Virus record (IMG/VR): IMGVR_UViG_3300045988_007107
Span: 1 to 44,614 of that record
Direction: 5' to 3' (one strand)
From: a virus
Length of the DNA stretch: 44,614 nt
Shown here piece after piece: positions 25,063-34,339 of this stretch. Positions within the stretch are counted from its first letter, which is position 1. Every line of letters begins with the position of its first letter. Position numbers and translations under genes: made by a program. The notes below the pieces were generated by a model. It saw nothing but the letters and a program-made list of their open reading frames with translations. It was not told where the DNA came from and did not search any database.

Positions 25063-26627
25063 TAAACAAAACGCTCCTTCCAAGTAATTTCAATCGTTGG
25101 ATCAGTCCTTGTCCAACTAGAAGTATAGATATCGATTTCAGTTTCACCCGTGCCGATACTAAACGGCTCGGATAAGTAAGTTAGCTCGTTAGACGCTGGC
25201 AAATTGTCAACAAAGGTCTTGCCTTTTGCCATGTCTATTTCAAGAATCGAACCCTTACGGAATCGGTTTGGGATATCTTCTTCTTTGTTAACATAATCTT
25301 TTCGATAAACGAAACTGTCCAGATACATGTGGGTTGCAAGCGGTGCATCACCAAGACCAAAGAAACCAACACTTATTTTTGCTGACTTCTTCCCTTTGAT
25401 TTCGGGTATCTTAAATCTAGGATATCCCCCTTGGTAATAAAATTGTATTTCATCATCAAAGCGTTGCATGTCCGACCACCCTTGTGGCTCATTAAATGGG
25501 TTTTGAGTCATGACATGCGTCCCCCAAAATTGCTTCCTGTCTAGTGTACGATAACTTCCGTTACCGTCACTAGCAAGGAAACGATACTCGCAACCTAGAC
25601 CGTTGACATGCTTAAGGGTTTCCACGCCATAGAGGAATGTGCCGTTTGCATCCGTAACAGATATTTTGATATATCCGCACTCGTTAGATGCACCGAGCCA
25701 AAAAATCTGCCTCCACCACATATACTCGTAGAGTGAGCCTTTTTCACCGTTGCTATCCGCTGGGATATCCCATGTAATCGAGCTACCACGTAGCAAGGTT
25801 GAGCCACTACCTCGATTGGTTAAGGCAATGTGTGGTCTGCCCCACGCATTATCAATCGCAAGCGTCCCATTCAAACTTTGCAAGTTGTCATTAAAACGCC
25901 CTTGGTTTTTTACACCAACCGCAAAACCGTTCGTGATCCAGTTGTTAGAAACATAGTCAAACAGAATTTCAGACTGTTTAACCGTGCGTGTATCAGCTTC
26001 ATTCGGATTGCCGATCTCATAGCTTTCGCTAGAAGATTTAACAATCCCAACCCATCCATTATCCGAATTGAATTTCAACTTAATGTTTGGGTAGGTTTCA
26101 GCCGTACCGAAATTCTTTAACGTAGCCTTGTAGTGTCCAGTGGATACTTTCTTAATACTTCCGTATTTAGTTTCACCGTCACTACTTACTAGGGCTTGTG
26201 CCTTGTTCTCACCGTAACTTTTCGGAACATCGAACGTAACCGTTACTGTTGCGGTAATCGGTGCCGTGTTCTTGTCCACCGTAAGCGACGCTTGACCAGA
26301 CGGAATAGCTTCCCAAACCTTGTTGGGCTCATCACCAAAAATCAATGTTTTTGGTTTATCAACATTGAGATAACCGCCCAGCGTTTCAGCAATGGTATTA
26401 AAGTAGTCGTAGTTTCCGACTAGGGTAAACGATACTTGAATCTGCTTAACTGACAAGGTGCTGTATAGGAATTGCTGACCATAGCGTCTACGCCCTTGGT
26501 CTTGATAGTTGTTGTTGAAGTTAGATGCCACGTTTTTTGTGACATCAACTGGAACGGTACGCCCTTGCCCCTCATTAAATAATTCGGTTAAGTTTTTACC
26601 GTCAAAAATGACTGACATTCCTATCAA
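25062..26627 (-). CDS. Distal tail protein (Dit), long form with an inserted or extended domain
   Basis: It sits between the tape measure and Tal. The N-terminal [10 protein letters not shown]...[15 protein letters not shown] is typical of siphovirus tail component proteins. The TTG start at 26627 has GGAGG 8 nt upstream. Confidence 0.7.
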   Translation of the reverse strand: MIGMSVIFDGKNLTELFNEGQGRTVPVDVTKNVASNFNNNYQDQGRRRYGQQFLYSTLSVKQIQVSFTLVGNYDYFNTIAETLGGYLNVDKPKTLIFGDEPNKVWEAIPSGQASLTVDKNTAPITATVTVTFDVPKSYGENKAQALVSSDGETKYGSIKKVSTGHYKATLKNFGTAETYPNIKLKFNSDNGWVGIVKSSSESYEIGNPNEADTRTVKQSEILFDYVSNNWITNGFAVGVKNQGRFNDNLQSLNGTLAIDNAWGRPHIALTNRGSGSTLLRGSSITWDIPADSNGEKGSLYEYMWWRQIFWLGASNECGYIKISVTDANGTFLYGVETLKHVNGLGCEYRFLASDGNGSYRTLDRKQFWGTHVMTQNPFNEPQGWSDMQRFDDEIQFYYQGGYPRFKIPEIKGKKSAKISVGFFGLGDAPLATHMYLDSFVYRKDYVNKEEDIPNRFRKGSILEIDMAKGKTFVDNLPASNELTYLSEPFSIGTGETEIDIYTSSWTRTDPTIEITWKERFV

Positions 26628-29600
26628 ATAATGCTACCTCCTAGCAGCGCTTGTCTGCGCTCATAATCGTTTGTTGCCTTTGTCATGAACGGTGCGAGAC
26701 CGTTTGACACACTTCGACCATCGATGATATTTCTAACTTCGATTGGATTAGAGCCATTAGTTACCAATTGACCAAGTAAGTCAATCATGATATCTAGCTT
26801 GCTTTCTAGTACAGAAACACGCTCACGGTCTGACGTGCTATCGTGATTGCCTTGCGAGGAATCCCCCGCAAATCGTGCCACTGCCTCAGTAAGTAATTGC
26901 CACGCTCTACCACGTTTGGCAATGTCTGTCGGAATGACATACTCTGGCATGTCGCCTTCAGCCAATTCATACACACCATTCTTGTGGACTAGACCACCGT
27001 TAGCGTAGCCATAAGCGGCTACACGGGTAAAGGCTGCGTCTGATGTTCCATAACGGTGTTTAATGTAGTTGATTGCAGCGAGCAAGTTGTCATATCCGTT
27101 ACGGATATTATTGTGTCCTGCGTGCTTGTAAGCGTCAAATGTTGGTTGAATAGTTTGCATCAAACCAATGGACGGTGTACCAGCTCTTGCGTTACTGTCC
27201 CAGTTGTTTTGTACGTTAGGGTTACCACCAGATTCACGCTGAATAGTTGCCAAAATCTTAGACACACGGAAGTCATTCGGCTCGATACCGTTAGCCTTCA
27301 AGGCTCTAACAACCGATTCACGCCAACGAGAAACACCAGTACCTTGCGGACCGTCTTCACCGCCACCCGCTGGGCTGAGCAATGGGCCAAGTGTTTTCTT
27401 AATCCAGTCGAACATGCCACCAACTTGTCGTTTAATCAACGTTTGAAGTGGGTTATTTCGGTCCTTGAGTGGTTTACTATCATCACCACTACTACTTCCA
27501 CTGTCTCGAACACCGAAATCAAGGAAGGTAGCAGCGTTTGAAATATGACGTCCGGCGTATTGGTGATACTGACCATTCCCACCGTAGTTGTATTCTTCAC
27601 CATCGTAAGTATCGCCATGAACTGCGGTTACAAAGTCAACGTGGTTGCTTGAAACAGGACCGCCAGTGTAGACGGCTACTGTACCCGGTTTTGGTCTACT
27701 TAAGTGTGGTACACTCGCAGAAATCCACTGATTACCATTACCGAGGTGACTAAATAGACTAGGTTTAACACCAAGGTTGGCCAAACGGCTGGCAACGAAT
27801 GATACACACTCACGATAGAAGTAACCCCAAGGGTCTGCACCAGCGTCTTTCGCTTTATCTTTGAATCGGTAATCGTCACCTTTAGCGCCCATTGCCACTG
27901 TGCCTTCATCCATTGAGGCATTAGCCATAGACCAAAGCTCTTTCCACCAGTTCTTGGCTTCTTCGATTGGTTTCTTGTACAATGCGTTACCGAGTGGGTT
28001 AAACATACCGGCTAACTTATCAGCGTTAGGGCTGAATTTTTTAGCTAATGATCCAACCGGGTCTTTAACAACATCGGTCACAAACTCAATCATCTTCATG
28101 AATTTGTCAACACCGTTCTTCATTGTGTCCCAGACTGAGCCCGCCACGTTGGTAGCAGTATCCCAGATTTTAGACCAGAAACCAGTGCCTTTTGCAAAGG
28201 CTCCACGTTCTACGCCCATAAGCATAGCCAATTCGCTAGCATTGATGACCTCTGAGCCAGCAGGCAAGAGATACTCGACGTTTCGCCCTTGTGGTAAGAA
28301 TGACTGCCCGTTTGGCAAAATAACCATTTCTTGGTTGTTTGTCTCTGGGCTATCGTAGCCGTCGTTTAGAGTGGCAAGCGTAGGCTTGGTAATTGGGTTT
28401 CGGTATGAGCTAAACATACCAGTACCACCGGCAAACTTAACTTTCGGAATTTTAGAGATAGCTTCCTTGCTACCACCAAAATCAGAAATCAGTTTGTTGA
28501 TGCCATCGATACCAGCGTTTGGCAATGCAATGACGGCATTAATACCATCACCGGCAAGTTTCTTCATGCCGTCCCACATTTCGCCAAAGCCTTTTTTCAC
28601 GTTATCCCACGTATCTTTGAAGAACTTAGCGATATTAGTCAAGGCATCGGTAATCAGTTTGGTAATGTTAACACCAAATTTTTCTTGCGTTAACGCTCCA
28701 ATCTCATCCCATTTTTTAGATAGGAATTTCTTAGAATTTTCCCAACCGTCAAACCAGTTCTTATTGATACCCTTGTGGTGTTTGTCAATATCCTTACCAA
28801 GGGCAGTCATGGCTTCCGTAGCATTGCCCTTGATACCTTCCCACGTTTTAGATGCGAATTTCTTAACGTTGTCCCACTTTTCGCCCCAATCTTTTTTAAG
28901 GCTGGTCATGTGTTTTGCAACGCCTTTCGCCATATCTTTGACATGGTCCACTGTGCCATCGACAAATTTCTTGAATGGCTTGTTGTGCTTATACATCAAC
29001 TCAAACCCAGCTACTACTGGATTAGAGATAACAAGCAATTTCTTGGCGGTGTTCGTAAAGGCTTTAATACCTTTCTCACCGCCAGTGAAGTAAGTCTTGG
29101 TCTTTTCAAAACCTTTCTTGGTGCTCTTGGTCATTGAGTCCATCGCACCAGTCCAGGTCTTCTTCATGCCGTCCCATGTTTTGCCGAGCCATTTACCAGC
29201 ATTAGAAAAACCATCCTTGATGCTCTTAACGATACCATCAACGAATTTCTTGAATTTCTTGTTGTGCTTATAGATTAAAGCAAACGCCCCAGCAATCGGA
29301 TTGGCAATAAATAAAAGGACTTGTTTCCAGTCCTTTTTGAAGAAATCAATGATCTTACCAAAGATTTCTTTAGTCACTTTGAAAATCTTGTCAAAGGCTT
29401 TTTTGGCAGCGCTAAACATGCCGTCTACAAAGGCTTTGAATTTCTTGTTGTGTTTATAGAGCAACACTAGGGCAGTGATAGCCGTAGTTACCGCAACCAC
29501 GATTAAACCAATGGGATTGGAAGCCATTGCTAGATTCATTGCTTTTTGGGCTGCCGTCATACCAACCGTAGCTGTTCGCCATGCGTGGATACCTTTAACG

Positions 29601-31588
29601 ACTGCCGTGATACCTAGAGCAACTTTAGAGCCTACGAAGTAAGCAGCGAACAAAGAACCGACTGTTTTAATAGCTGTTTTATGTTTTGCAATACCGCCTA
29701 AAGCCTTGGACAGTGATGTAACTGGCCCTTTAGCTTTCTTACCGTTACCAGTCATGAGATTGAAAGCCCCAGCGACACTTTTAATCATGTCTACGGCTAC
29801 TTCCCAAACACCACCGGCAAAATCTTTACCAATGCTAAACACTGCACCCAGACTGTCTTTGGTTTCTTTGAAGAAAGCTACAATTTTAGGGGCATTGTTA
29901 GCAATGGTTTTACTAACATTGTCAACGACCTTGTTAAGACCGTCCATAAAGCCATTGAGCTTGTCCTTGCCATCGCCGAGATTAAACACTTTTGAAAAAG
30001 CGTCCAGGATAGTGCCTAGACCTTTAGAAACGTGCTCCCCTAAGTCTTTAAACTTGGTTTCAGTGTTAGGGTCAGCGACCCAATCCCCAATCTGTTGTAA
30101 GAATGGGTTTTTCATTTTATCGATCGGGTCACGGAATGCAGCGACTACCGCCGGCATACGAGACTGGATAGTTCTTTCAAGACCACCAATGGTAGTCGAG
30201 AAGTTAGCGGTGGCGTCCTTGTATTTGTCTTGCAACTCGAACAAGGCTTTTTGTGCCATCTCAGCGGTGATTTTGCCGTCTTTCTGTAGCTCTGCATATT
30301 TATCGGCGGTCATGTCTGCAATGCCAAGCTCTTGTGCAGCTACTTCTTTAAGTTGGTTTTTCATCTCTGGGAAGACATTGATGATTGACATCATGTCTTG
30401 CCCTTGGACCTTACCATTGGCAATCATTTGCGCCCATTGCGTAGCGAAATTCTCAACGGCTGCATCGGTCTGACCAAACGCATCTTGCAAGGTCAAAATG
30501 GCTTGTGTTTGCTGTTTAGTTAACTCGGTGTTGTGGGTAACGGCATAGAATTTTTGGTTCATGCCGTCAACCATTTCTGTTGAGTTGGCCGCAGCTTGTG
30601 CCATTTGGTTGGTCATATCGACCATTTTTTTGCCTTCTTCAGCATTACCGGTTAAGGTTAACCAAGTGGCGTTCATGGTTTGTTGGTATTTAACATACTC
30701 AGCACTGGACTGTGCGATTTCGTCAAACTTACCCTTAATAGCTCCCAACGCATTCTGGAAACCATTGCTGATTAGGTTAGCCGCAAACGTAGCGCCAAAG
30801 ATACCTTTCAAACGTGAGGTTTTATGTTCAGTTTCACTGACTTCACTTCCCAAACGCTTGAAGCTATCTTTTAAGCGACCTATGAACGTACTAGAGCGTT
30901 GACTTTGCTCGATTTCATCATTCAACTTGTCAGCGGCGTTCCTAGTGTGTGCAAGACTAGTAGCCGTTTCGTCTAAACGTTGCTTTTGCTTGCGGTATTC
31001 ATCGCTAGTCTTCCCAGACTGTTTAGCGACACGCTCAAGCATTTCTTTTTGGGTCTCATACTGCTTATTTAAATTAGTAATTGAACCCTTGTATTGCTTG
31101 AGTTGTTCCTGCCTAGCTTCGTCTTCCTTACCCTCTGCTTTCAGACGCTTGATGTAAGTGTCTGAAGATTCGTTTTGGGCTTTGTATTCCTTTTGAAGCT
31201 CTGCTAGTCCAGACCTATGATAATCAAGGCTATTCTTAGCTTGGCGCTGTTGGTTTTCCAACGATGCCAACCGTGTAGTAGCTTGGTCAATCTGTTGTTG
31301 GTACTTAAGATACTGTTCGGCAGTTTCAGCGGTACTCCCTTTAAGTTGAGACTGTTCTTGTTTCAGTTTCTCAATCTTATGTTGTTGATTTTGGATAGCA
31401 TTGCCCAAACCATCGTACTTGGCTTGTGCTGCACCTAAGTAGTCACCAGCGCTACGCATTTGGCTTTCTTGTGCCTTCCATGCGTTCGTAGAGCTATTAA
31501 CTAACTGAGTTAGTCGTTTAATCGAGTTAGCCGCTTGTAACGTGTCTAAGGCGATTTCGGTGGACATGGTAGCTTGTACTTTTGCCAT
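26624..31588 (-). CDS. Tape measure protein with embedded CHAP-like peptidase and lytic transglycosylase (SLT) domains
   Basis: It is 1654 aa with a coiled-coil N-terminus and hydrophobic central segments. The Y-K-H-N-K-x-F-K-x-F-V-D-G repeat occurs three times. The CHAP-like motif is YRECVSFVASRL...GNGNQWISA...NHVDFVTAV (about 27540-27840). The SLT motif is ILATIQRESGGNP...GLMQTIQPTF (about 27000-27300). Confidence 0.9.
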   Translation of the reverse strand: MAKVQATMSTEIALDTLQAANSIKRLTQLVNSSTNAWKAQESQMRSAGDYLGAAQAKYDGLGNAIQNQQHKIEKLKQEQSQLKGSTAETAEQYLKYQQQIDQATTRLASLENQQRQAKNSLDYHRSGLAELQKEYKAQNESSDTYIKRLKAEGKEDEARQEQLKQYKGSITNLNKQYETQKEMLERVAKQSGKTSDEYRKQKQRLDETATSLAHTRNAADKLNDEIEQSQRSSTFIGRLKDSFKRLGSEVSETEHKTSRLKGIFGATFAANLISNGFQNALGAIKGKFDEIAQSSAEYVKYQQTMNATWLTLTGNAEEGKKMVDMTNQMAQAAANSTEMVDGMNQKFYAVTHNTELTKQQTQAILTLQDAFGQTDAAVENFATQWAQMIANGKVQGQDMMSIINVFPEMKNQLKEVAAQELGIADMTADKYAELQKDGKITAEMAQKALFELQDKYKDATANFSTTIGGLERTIQSRMPAVVAAFRDPIDKMKNPFLQQIGDWVADPNTETKFKDLGEHVSKGLGTILDAFSKVFNLGDGKDKLNGFMDGLNKVVDNVSKTIANNAPKIVAFFKETKDSLGAVFSIGKDFAGGVWEVAVDMIKSVAGAFNLMTGNGKKAKGPVTSLSKALGGIAKHKTAIKTVGSLFAAYFVGSKVALGITAVVKGIHAWRTATVGMTAAQKAMNLAMASNPIGLIVVAVTTAITALVLLYKHNKKFKAFVDGMFSAAKKAFDKIFKVTKEIFGKIIDFFKKDWKQVLLFIANPIAGAFALIYKHNKKFKKFVDGIVKSIKDGFSNAGKWLGKTWDGMKKTWTGAMDSMTKSTKKGFEKTKTYFTGGEKGIKAFTNTAKKLLVISNPVVAGFELMYKHNKPFKKFVDGTVDHVKDMAKGVAKHMTSLKKDWGEKWDNVKKFASKTWEGIKGNATEAMTALGKDIDKHHKGINKNWFDGWENSKKFLSKKWDEIGALTQEKFGVNITKLITDALTNIAKFFKDTWDNVKKGFGEMWDGMKKLAGDGINAVIALPNAGIDGINKLISDFGGSKEAISKIPKVKFAGGTGMFSSYRNPITKPTLATLNDGYDSPETNNQEMVILPNGQSFLPQGRNVEYLLPAGSEVINASELAMLMGVERGAFAKGTGFWSKIWDTATNVAGSVWDTMKNGVDKFMKMIEFVTDVVKDPVGSLAKKFSPNADKLAGMFNPLGNALYKKPIEEAKNWWKELWSMANASMDEGTVAMGAKGDDYRFKDKAKDAGADPWGYFYRECVSFVASRLANLGVKPSLFSHLGNGNQWISASVPHLSRPKPGTVAVYTGGPVSSNHVDFVTAVHGDTYDGEEYNYGGNGQYHQYAGRHISNAATFLDFGVRDSGSSSGDDSKPLKDRNNPLQTLIKRQVGGMFDWIKKTLGPLLSPAGGGEDGPQGTGVSRWRESVVRALKANGIEPNDFRVSKILATIQRESGGNPNVQNNWDSNARAGTPSIGLMQTIQPTFDAYKHAGHNNIRNGYDNLLAAINYIKHRYGTSDAAFTRVAAYGYANGGLVHKNGVYELAEGDMPEYVIPTDIAKRGRAWQLLTEAVARFAGDSSQGNHDSTSDRERVSVLESKLDIMIDLLGQLVTNGSNPIEVRNIIDGRSVSNGLAPFMTKATNDYERRQALLGGSII

Positions 31589-31617
31589 GTATTGTTTTTC
31601 CTCCTTTCCTTAATTTT

Positions 31618-32186
31618 TTAGAGTAAAGATGTTGGATCTACCATCCTATCTTCTTCCTCTTTGGCATTTAGAATTTTCATCAACTCGTAATAATCGGTAT
31701 CGTAGTATTGATCTAGCGTCCACCCAAAACCTTGAATTGATTTTTTAGCAACAAGCTTTAAGTCCTCAATGCTATTTTCTAAATCAAAAATCTGTTCCCC
31801 TTTAGATTTTACTCTTTTGGGTCAGTTTCACCAGCGGCATTTTCAAGTTGTTCGTCTGTCAATCCGTACATGTAGCCCACCAATTTTTCAGCAATTTCTT
31901 GTGTGCGGACATTATCCAAATCAAGCAATTTGTCATAGGCTTCATCATCCAAGTTAAGAACGGCACGAATGAAACTGAGCATTTCTTTAAGGATTGTGAA
32001 GCTTGCTTGTGCTTGCTCTTGTGTGTCCCCATCTTCGACAGTATCGCTAATCTTAAGGACTGCCAATTGGTATTCGTGCATACGCAACACATTGCGGTTA
32101 CTTGTTGTAACCTTGAATGCTTTCTTGCTGATTTCCGGAATTTGAATAGTTCTGATTTCCATTTTATCTTTACTCCTTTTTAACAA
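31618..32186 (-). CDS. Tail assembly chaperone -1 frameshift fusion product (gpGT-like)
   Basis: After a -1 slip at CCCAAAA, the frame stays open for 66 more codons (KRVKSKGEQIFDLENSIEDLKLVAKKSIQGFGWTLDQYYDTDYYELMKILNAKEEEDRMVDPTSLL). It ends at the TAA at 31618-31620. Translated by hand. Confidence 0.7.
31809..32186 (-). CDS. Tail assembly chaperone (gpG-like)
   Basis: It is 125 aa, acidic, lies between the major tail protein and the tape measure, and ends at a slippery site. Confidence 0.75.
   Translation of the reverse strand: MLKRSKDKMEIRTIQIPEISKKAFKVTTSNRNVLRMHEYQLAVLKISDTVEDGDTQEQAQASFTILKEMLSFIRAVLNLDDEAYDKLLDLDNVRTQEIAEKLVGYMYGLTDEQLENAAGETDPKE
31815..31821 (-). promoter_or_regulatory. 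Programmed -1 ribosomal frameshift slippery heptamer C CCA AAA
   Basis: The plus strand reads ttttggg. In the zero frame it reads gaC CCA AAA gag taa, which fits the X XXY YYZ pattern, 2 codons before the stop. Confidence 0.7.
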
Positions 32187-32217
32187 AAATAGAGGTCAGG
32201 CCATGAGCCCGACCTCT
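32184..32217 (-). terminator. Hairpin plus T-run between the major tail protein and chaperone genes (attenuating terminator)
   Basis: The minus strand reads agaggtcgggc-tcatg-gcctgacctct, an 11-bp stem with one mismatch, followed by ATTTTTGTT. Confidence 0.6.
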
Positions 32218-32223
32218 TGCGAA

Positions 32224-32838
32224 TTATAGACTGTTTGATGCAACAGGAAGGACGTATCCTCCGAAGACTTCTTTAAACATATTTGTTTTGTCGAAGTTAG
32301 ATGCTCCAGAATAATATTTCTTGTAAGGCTCACCACCAAACGCATCCGCTGACAAGGCGTTGAATGTCATGTTGTCGTCTTGGCGAGTTTGGGCAGTGTC
32401 AGTATCTGTTGCAACGTTTTGAGTTGATTCTTGCATGATACCGTTAGCAAAGCCAAAGAATACTGAGTGTTTGCGATCAAGTGTTTCAGATTCAATCAAT
32501 ACCGCTGTGTGTGGTTTCTCACCGTCCATCACATAACCACCTTTGCCATCTGGTTTGAAACCAAGCATTTTTTGTTTAATTTCAAAGTCAAGGTTATTGA
32601 AGTCAAAAGCTACTGTTGGTGAACCCGGTGCGATCATTACATCTTGTACTGAGTTATTCCCGGGAATTTTAGTCGCTTGACCTTCCAAGTTTGAGATGTT
32701 AGCGGTACGAGTACCAAGCATTTTAGAATCGACTTCGATAACACCTTCTGTTGAAAGGCCATCATTGCCTTTAAGTAGTTTTTGGGTTTTAGGGTCAACC
32801 AAAGCAAGTCGAACCATTTTCAAACCTACAATTGCCAT
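32224..32838 (-). CDS. Major tail protein (phi13/TP901-1-like family)
   Basis: It is 204 aa, upstream of the G/GT chaperones, with a strong RBS. The sequence pattern resembles phi13-family major tail proteins. Confidence 0.75.
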   Translation of the reverse strand: MAIVGLKMVRLALVDPKTQKLLKGNDGLSTEGVIEVDSKMLGTRTANISNLEGQATKIPGNNSVQDVMIAPGSPTVAFDFNNLDFEIKQKMLGFKPDGKGGYVMDGEKPHTAVLIESETLDRKHSVFFGFANGIMQESTQNVATDTDTAQTRQDDNMTFNALSADAFGGEPYKKYYSGASNFDKTNMFKEVFGGYVLPVASNSL

Positions 32839-32856
32839 ATAGTAATTTCTCCTTTG

Positions 32857-33228
32857 TTAAATTAATTTATCGAGAGCAACAAAAAAGACCGCCGTGATCT
32901 GCAATGTATCGGGGTCTATGCTATGTTCTCTCATATCTGTAATTGAGTAGTGTTCAGATTTTAGGAATTTCAGCAATTCCATTTCAAAGGCTTCGATATC
33001 AAAATCAATATCAGCCTTGTAAAAAATCTGTACCTCTACTCTATCTGTTTTACTGAAAAAGGTATTGTTTCCGCTTAAGTCAAGGGATGGGTTGCTTTCT
33101 GTGAGCAAAACGATTGTCTTATCGGTGTTTTCTTCGAGCTCTTTAGGCAAGTTGTTTGCATATACTTCGCTTATTTCACCAAATTCTTTGCCGTCAATTA
33201 GCTCTTTTAGTTTTACGGTTGCTAACAC
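32857..33228 (-). CDS. Tail completion / tail terminator-like protein, 123 aa
   Basis: The call rests on its position between the gp10-like protein and the major tail protein. No motif was assigned. Confidence 0.5.
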   Translation of the reverse strand: MLATVKLKELIDGKEFGEISEVYANNLPKELEENTDKTIVLLTESNPSLDLSGNNTFFSKTDRVEVQIFYKADIDFDIEAFEMELLKFLKSEHYSITDMREHSIDPDTLQITAVFFVALDKLI

Positions 33229-33232
33229 TTAA

Positions 33233-33664
33233 TCACTTCCCTCCTTTTCTGCGAATGAGTTTCTCATATTCCTCTTTTTCTGCTAATAGCACCTTCCTTT
33301 GGACAGCACTATCGTTTTGGACATTGGTAACGAAATGATCAGCACGATATTTCTTGGTGCCGTCATTTAATCGTCTGGCATTTTGGGCGTGGTAATTGTT
33401 TTTCCATCCTACGGTTGCCACACCGTTCTTTCTGCCGTCCGCATTAGTGGACTGGACAGATAAACCGTCAGCCATGTGCCCATACTTCAAATGTTTCTTA
33501 TTTGAGTAGTGTTTCTCACGGGTTACATCTTCTAACTCCTTTTGAAACACTTTTGCGCCAGCGGTGGTAATCTTAGCTTGTTCCGCTGGTGTTAAATCGC
33601 CAATACTGGCTACTGTTTCAAGCCAGCCCTCTAGCGCCTTATCAAGCCCTACCATAGCCATCAC
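33233..33664 (-). CDS. HK97 gp10-family head-tail joining protein
   Basis: Position and size (about 143 aa) fit this family. The start is GTG at 33664 or ATG at 33661, overlapping the upstream TGA. Confidence 0.6.
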   Translation of the reverse strand: MMAMVGLDKALEGWLETVASIGDLTPAEQAKITTAGAKVFQKELEDVTREKHYSNKKHLKYGHMADGLSVQSTNADGRKNGVATVGWKNNYHAQNARRLNDGTKKYRADHFVTNVQNDSAVQRKVLLAEKEEYEKLIRRKGGK

Positions 33665-34011
33665 CCAACTTTCTTGCGTTTTCTCAAAGTCAGAAAGTCG
33701 TAGCGGTTAAGCCCAAAGTTTTCATTTGGACTAACTCGTACAATGTCATACTGAGTACCGTTTAGGACGGCCACTTGACCTTCAATCACTTTAGCATTGT
33801 GCCGAATGACGATAACTTTTGTATCGGTCTCGCCATTCTGTTGGGCCAAATACTCTTGATTGAGTGTGCGAGTGTGGGGTTTATAATGCAGCGTAAACTG
33901 TTTCACGAATTTTGGCACGCTCACACCCGTAAACTTGTTAGGGGTGCTTTGGTATGTACCAAAATCAGCCTTGAAACGAAAATCTGAGGGTAAATATCTA
34001 ACTTTAGGCAT
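33661..34011 (-). CDS. Head closure / head-tail adaptor protein
   Basis: It is 116 aa, lies after the QLRG-family connector, and has overlapping start and stop codons. Confidence 0.6.
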   Translation of the reverse strand: MPKVRYLPSDFRFKADFGTYQSTPNKFTGVSVPKFVKQFTLHYKPHTRTLNQEYLAQQNGETDTKVIVIRHNAKVIEGQVAVLNGTQYDIVRVSPNENFGLNRYDFLTLRKRKKVG

Positions 34012-34325
34012 TAGTCACATCTTTCTTCACTGTACGTTGCGTATAAGCCCCTTAATTGCCCGATTATGCTATTCAATGTGAGATTGACAGGATAAGTCAC
34101 CGTGTCTGTTAAAGCCACTCTATAGGTGAAATATGAGCTTGTGAGGGCTATTACAGCCGTGTCGTATAGAGATTCTACACTTTCGAGGTCATAGAATTTC
34201 TTATCGCTACCGACTGCATTGATAATGTACTGTTGAGCCGATTCAATGTAAGCTGGAATGAGTGCAGTGTCGTCTGTCTCATCCAGATTGAGGGTCTGCA
34301 TGATAGTTTCCTTAGATACACTCAT
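34011..34325 (-). CDS. Head-tail connector / DNA-packaging protein, QLRG family (gp6-like)
   Basis: It contains IIGQLRGLY (the QLRG motif), is 104 aa, and lies directly after the major capsid gene. Confidence 0.7.
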   Translation of the reverse strand: MSVSKETIMQTLNLDETDDTALIPAYIESAQQYIINAVGSDKKFYDLESVESLYDTAVIALTSSYFTYRVALTDTVTYPVNLTLNSIIGQLRGLYATYSEERCD

Positions 34326-34339
34326 TACTTACCTCCTAA

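Noticed and set aside
28371-30473. Long plus-strand ORFs (28371..29093, 240 aa; 29706..30473, 255 aa; and several shorter ones) antisense to the tape measure gene
   Set aside because: Their products are S/L/P/F/C-rich, low-complexity sequences with no RBS or recognisable motifs. The minus-strand frame encodes a continuous, motif-bearing tape measure protein. Antisense ORFs are an expected by-product of its biased codon composition.
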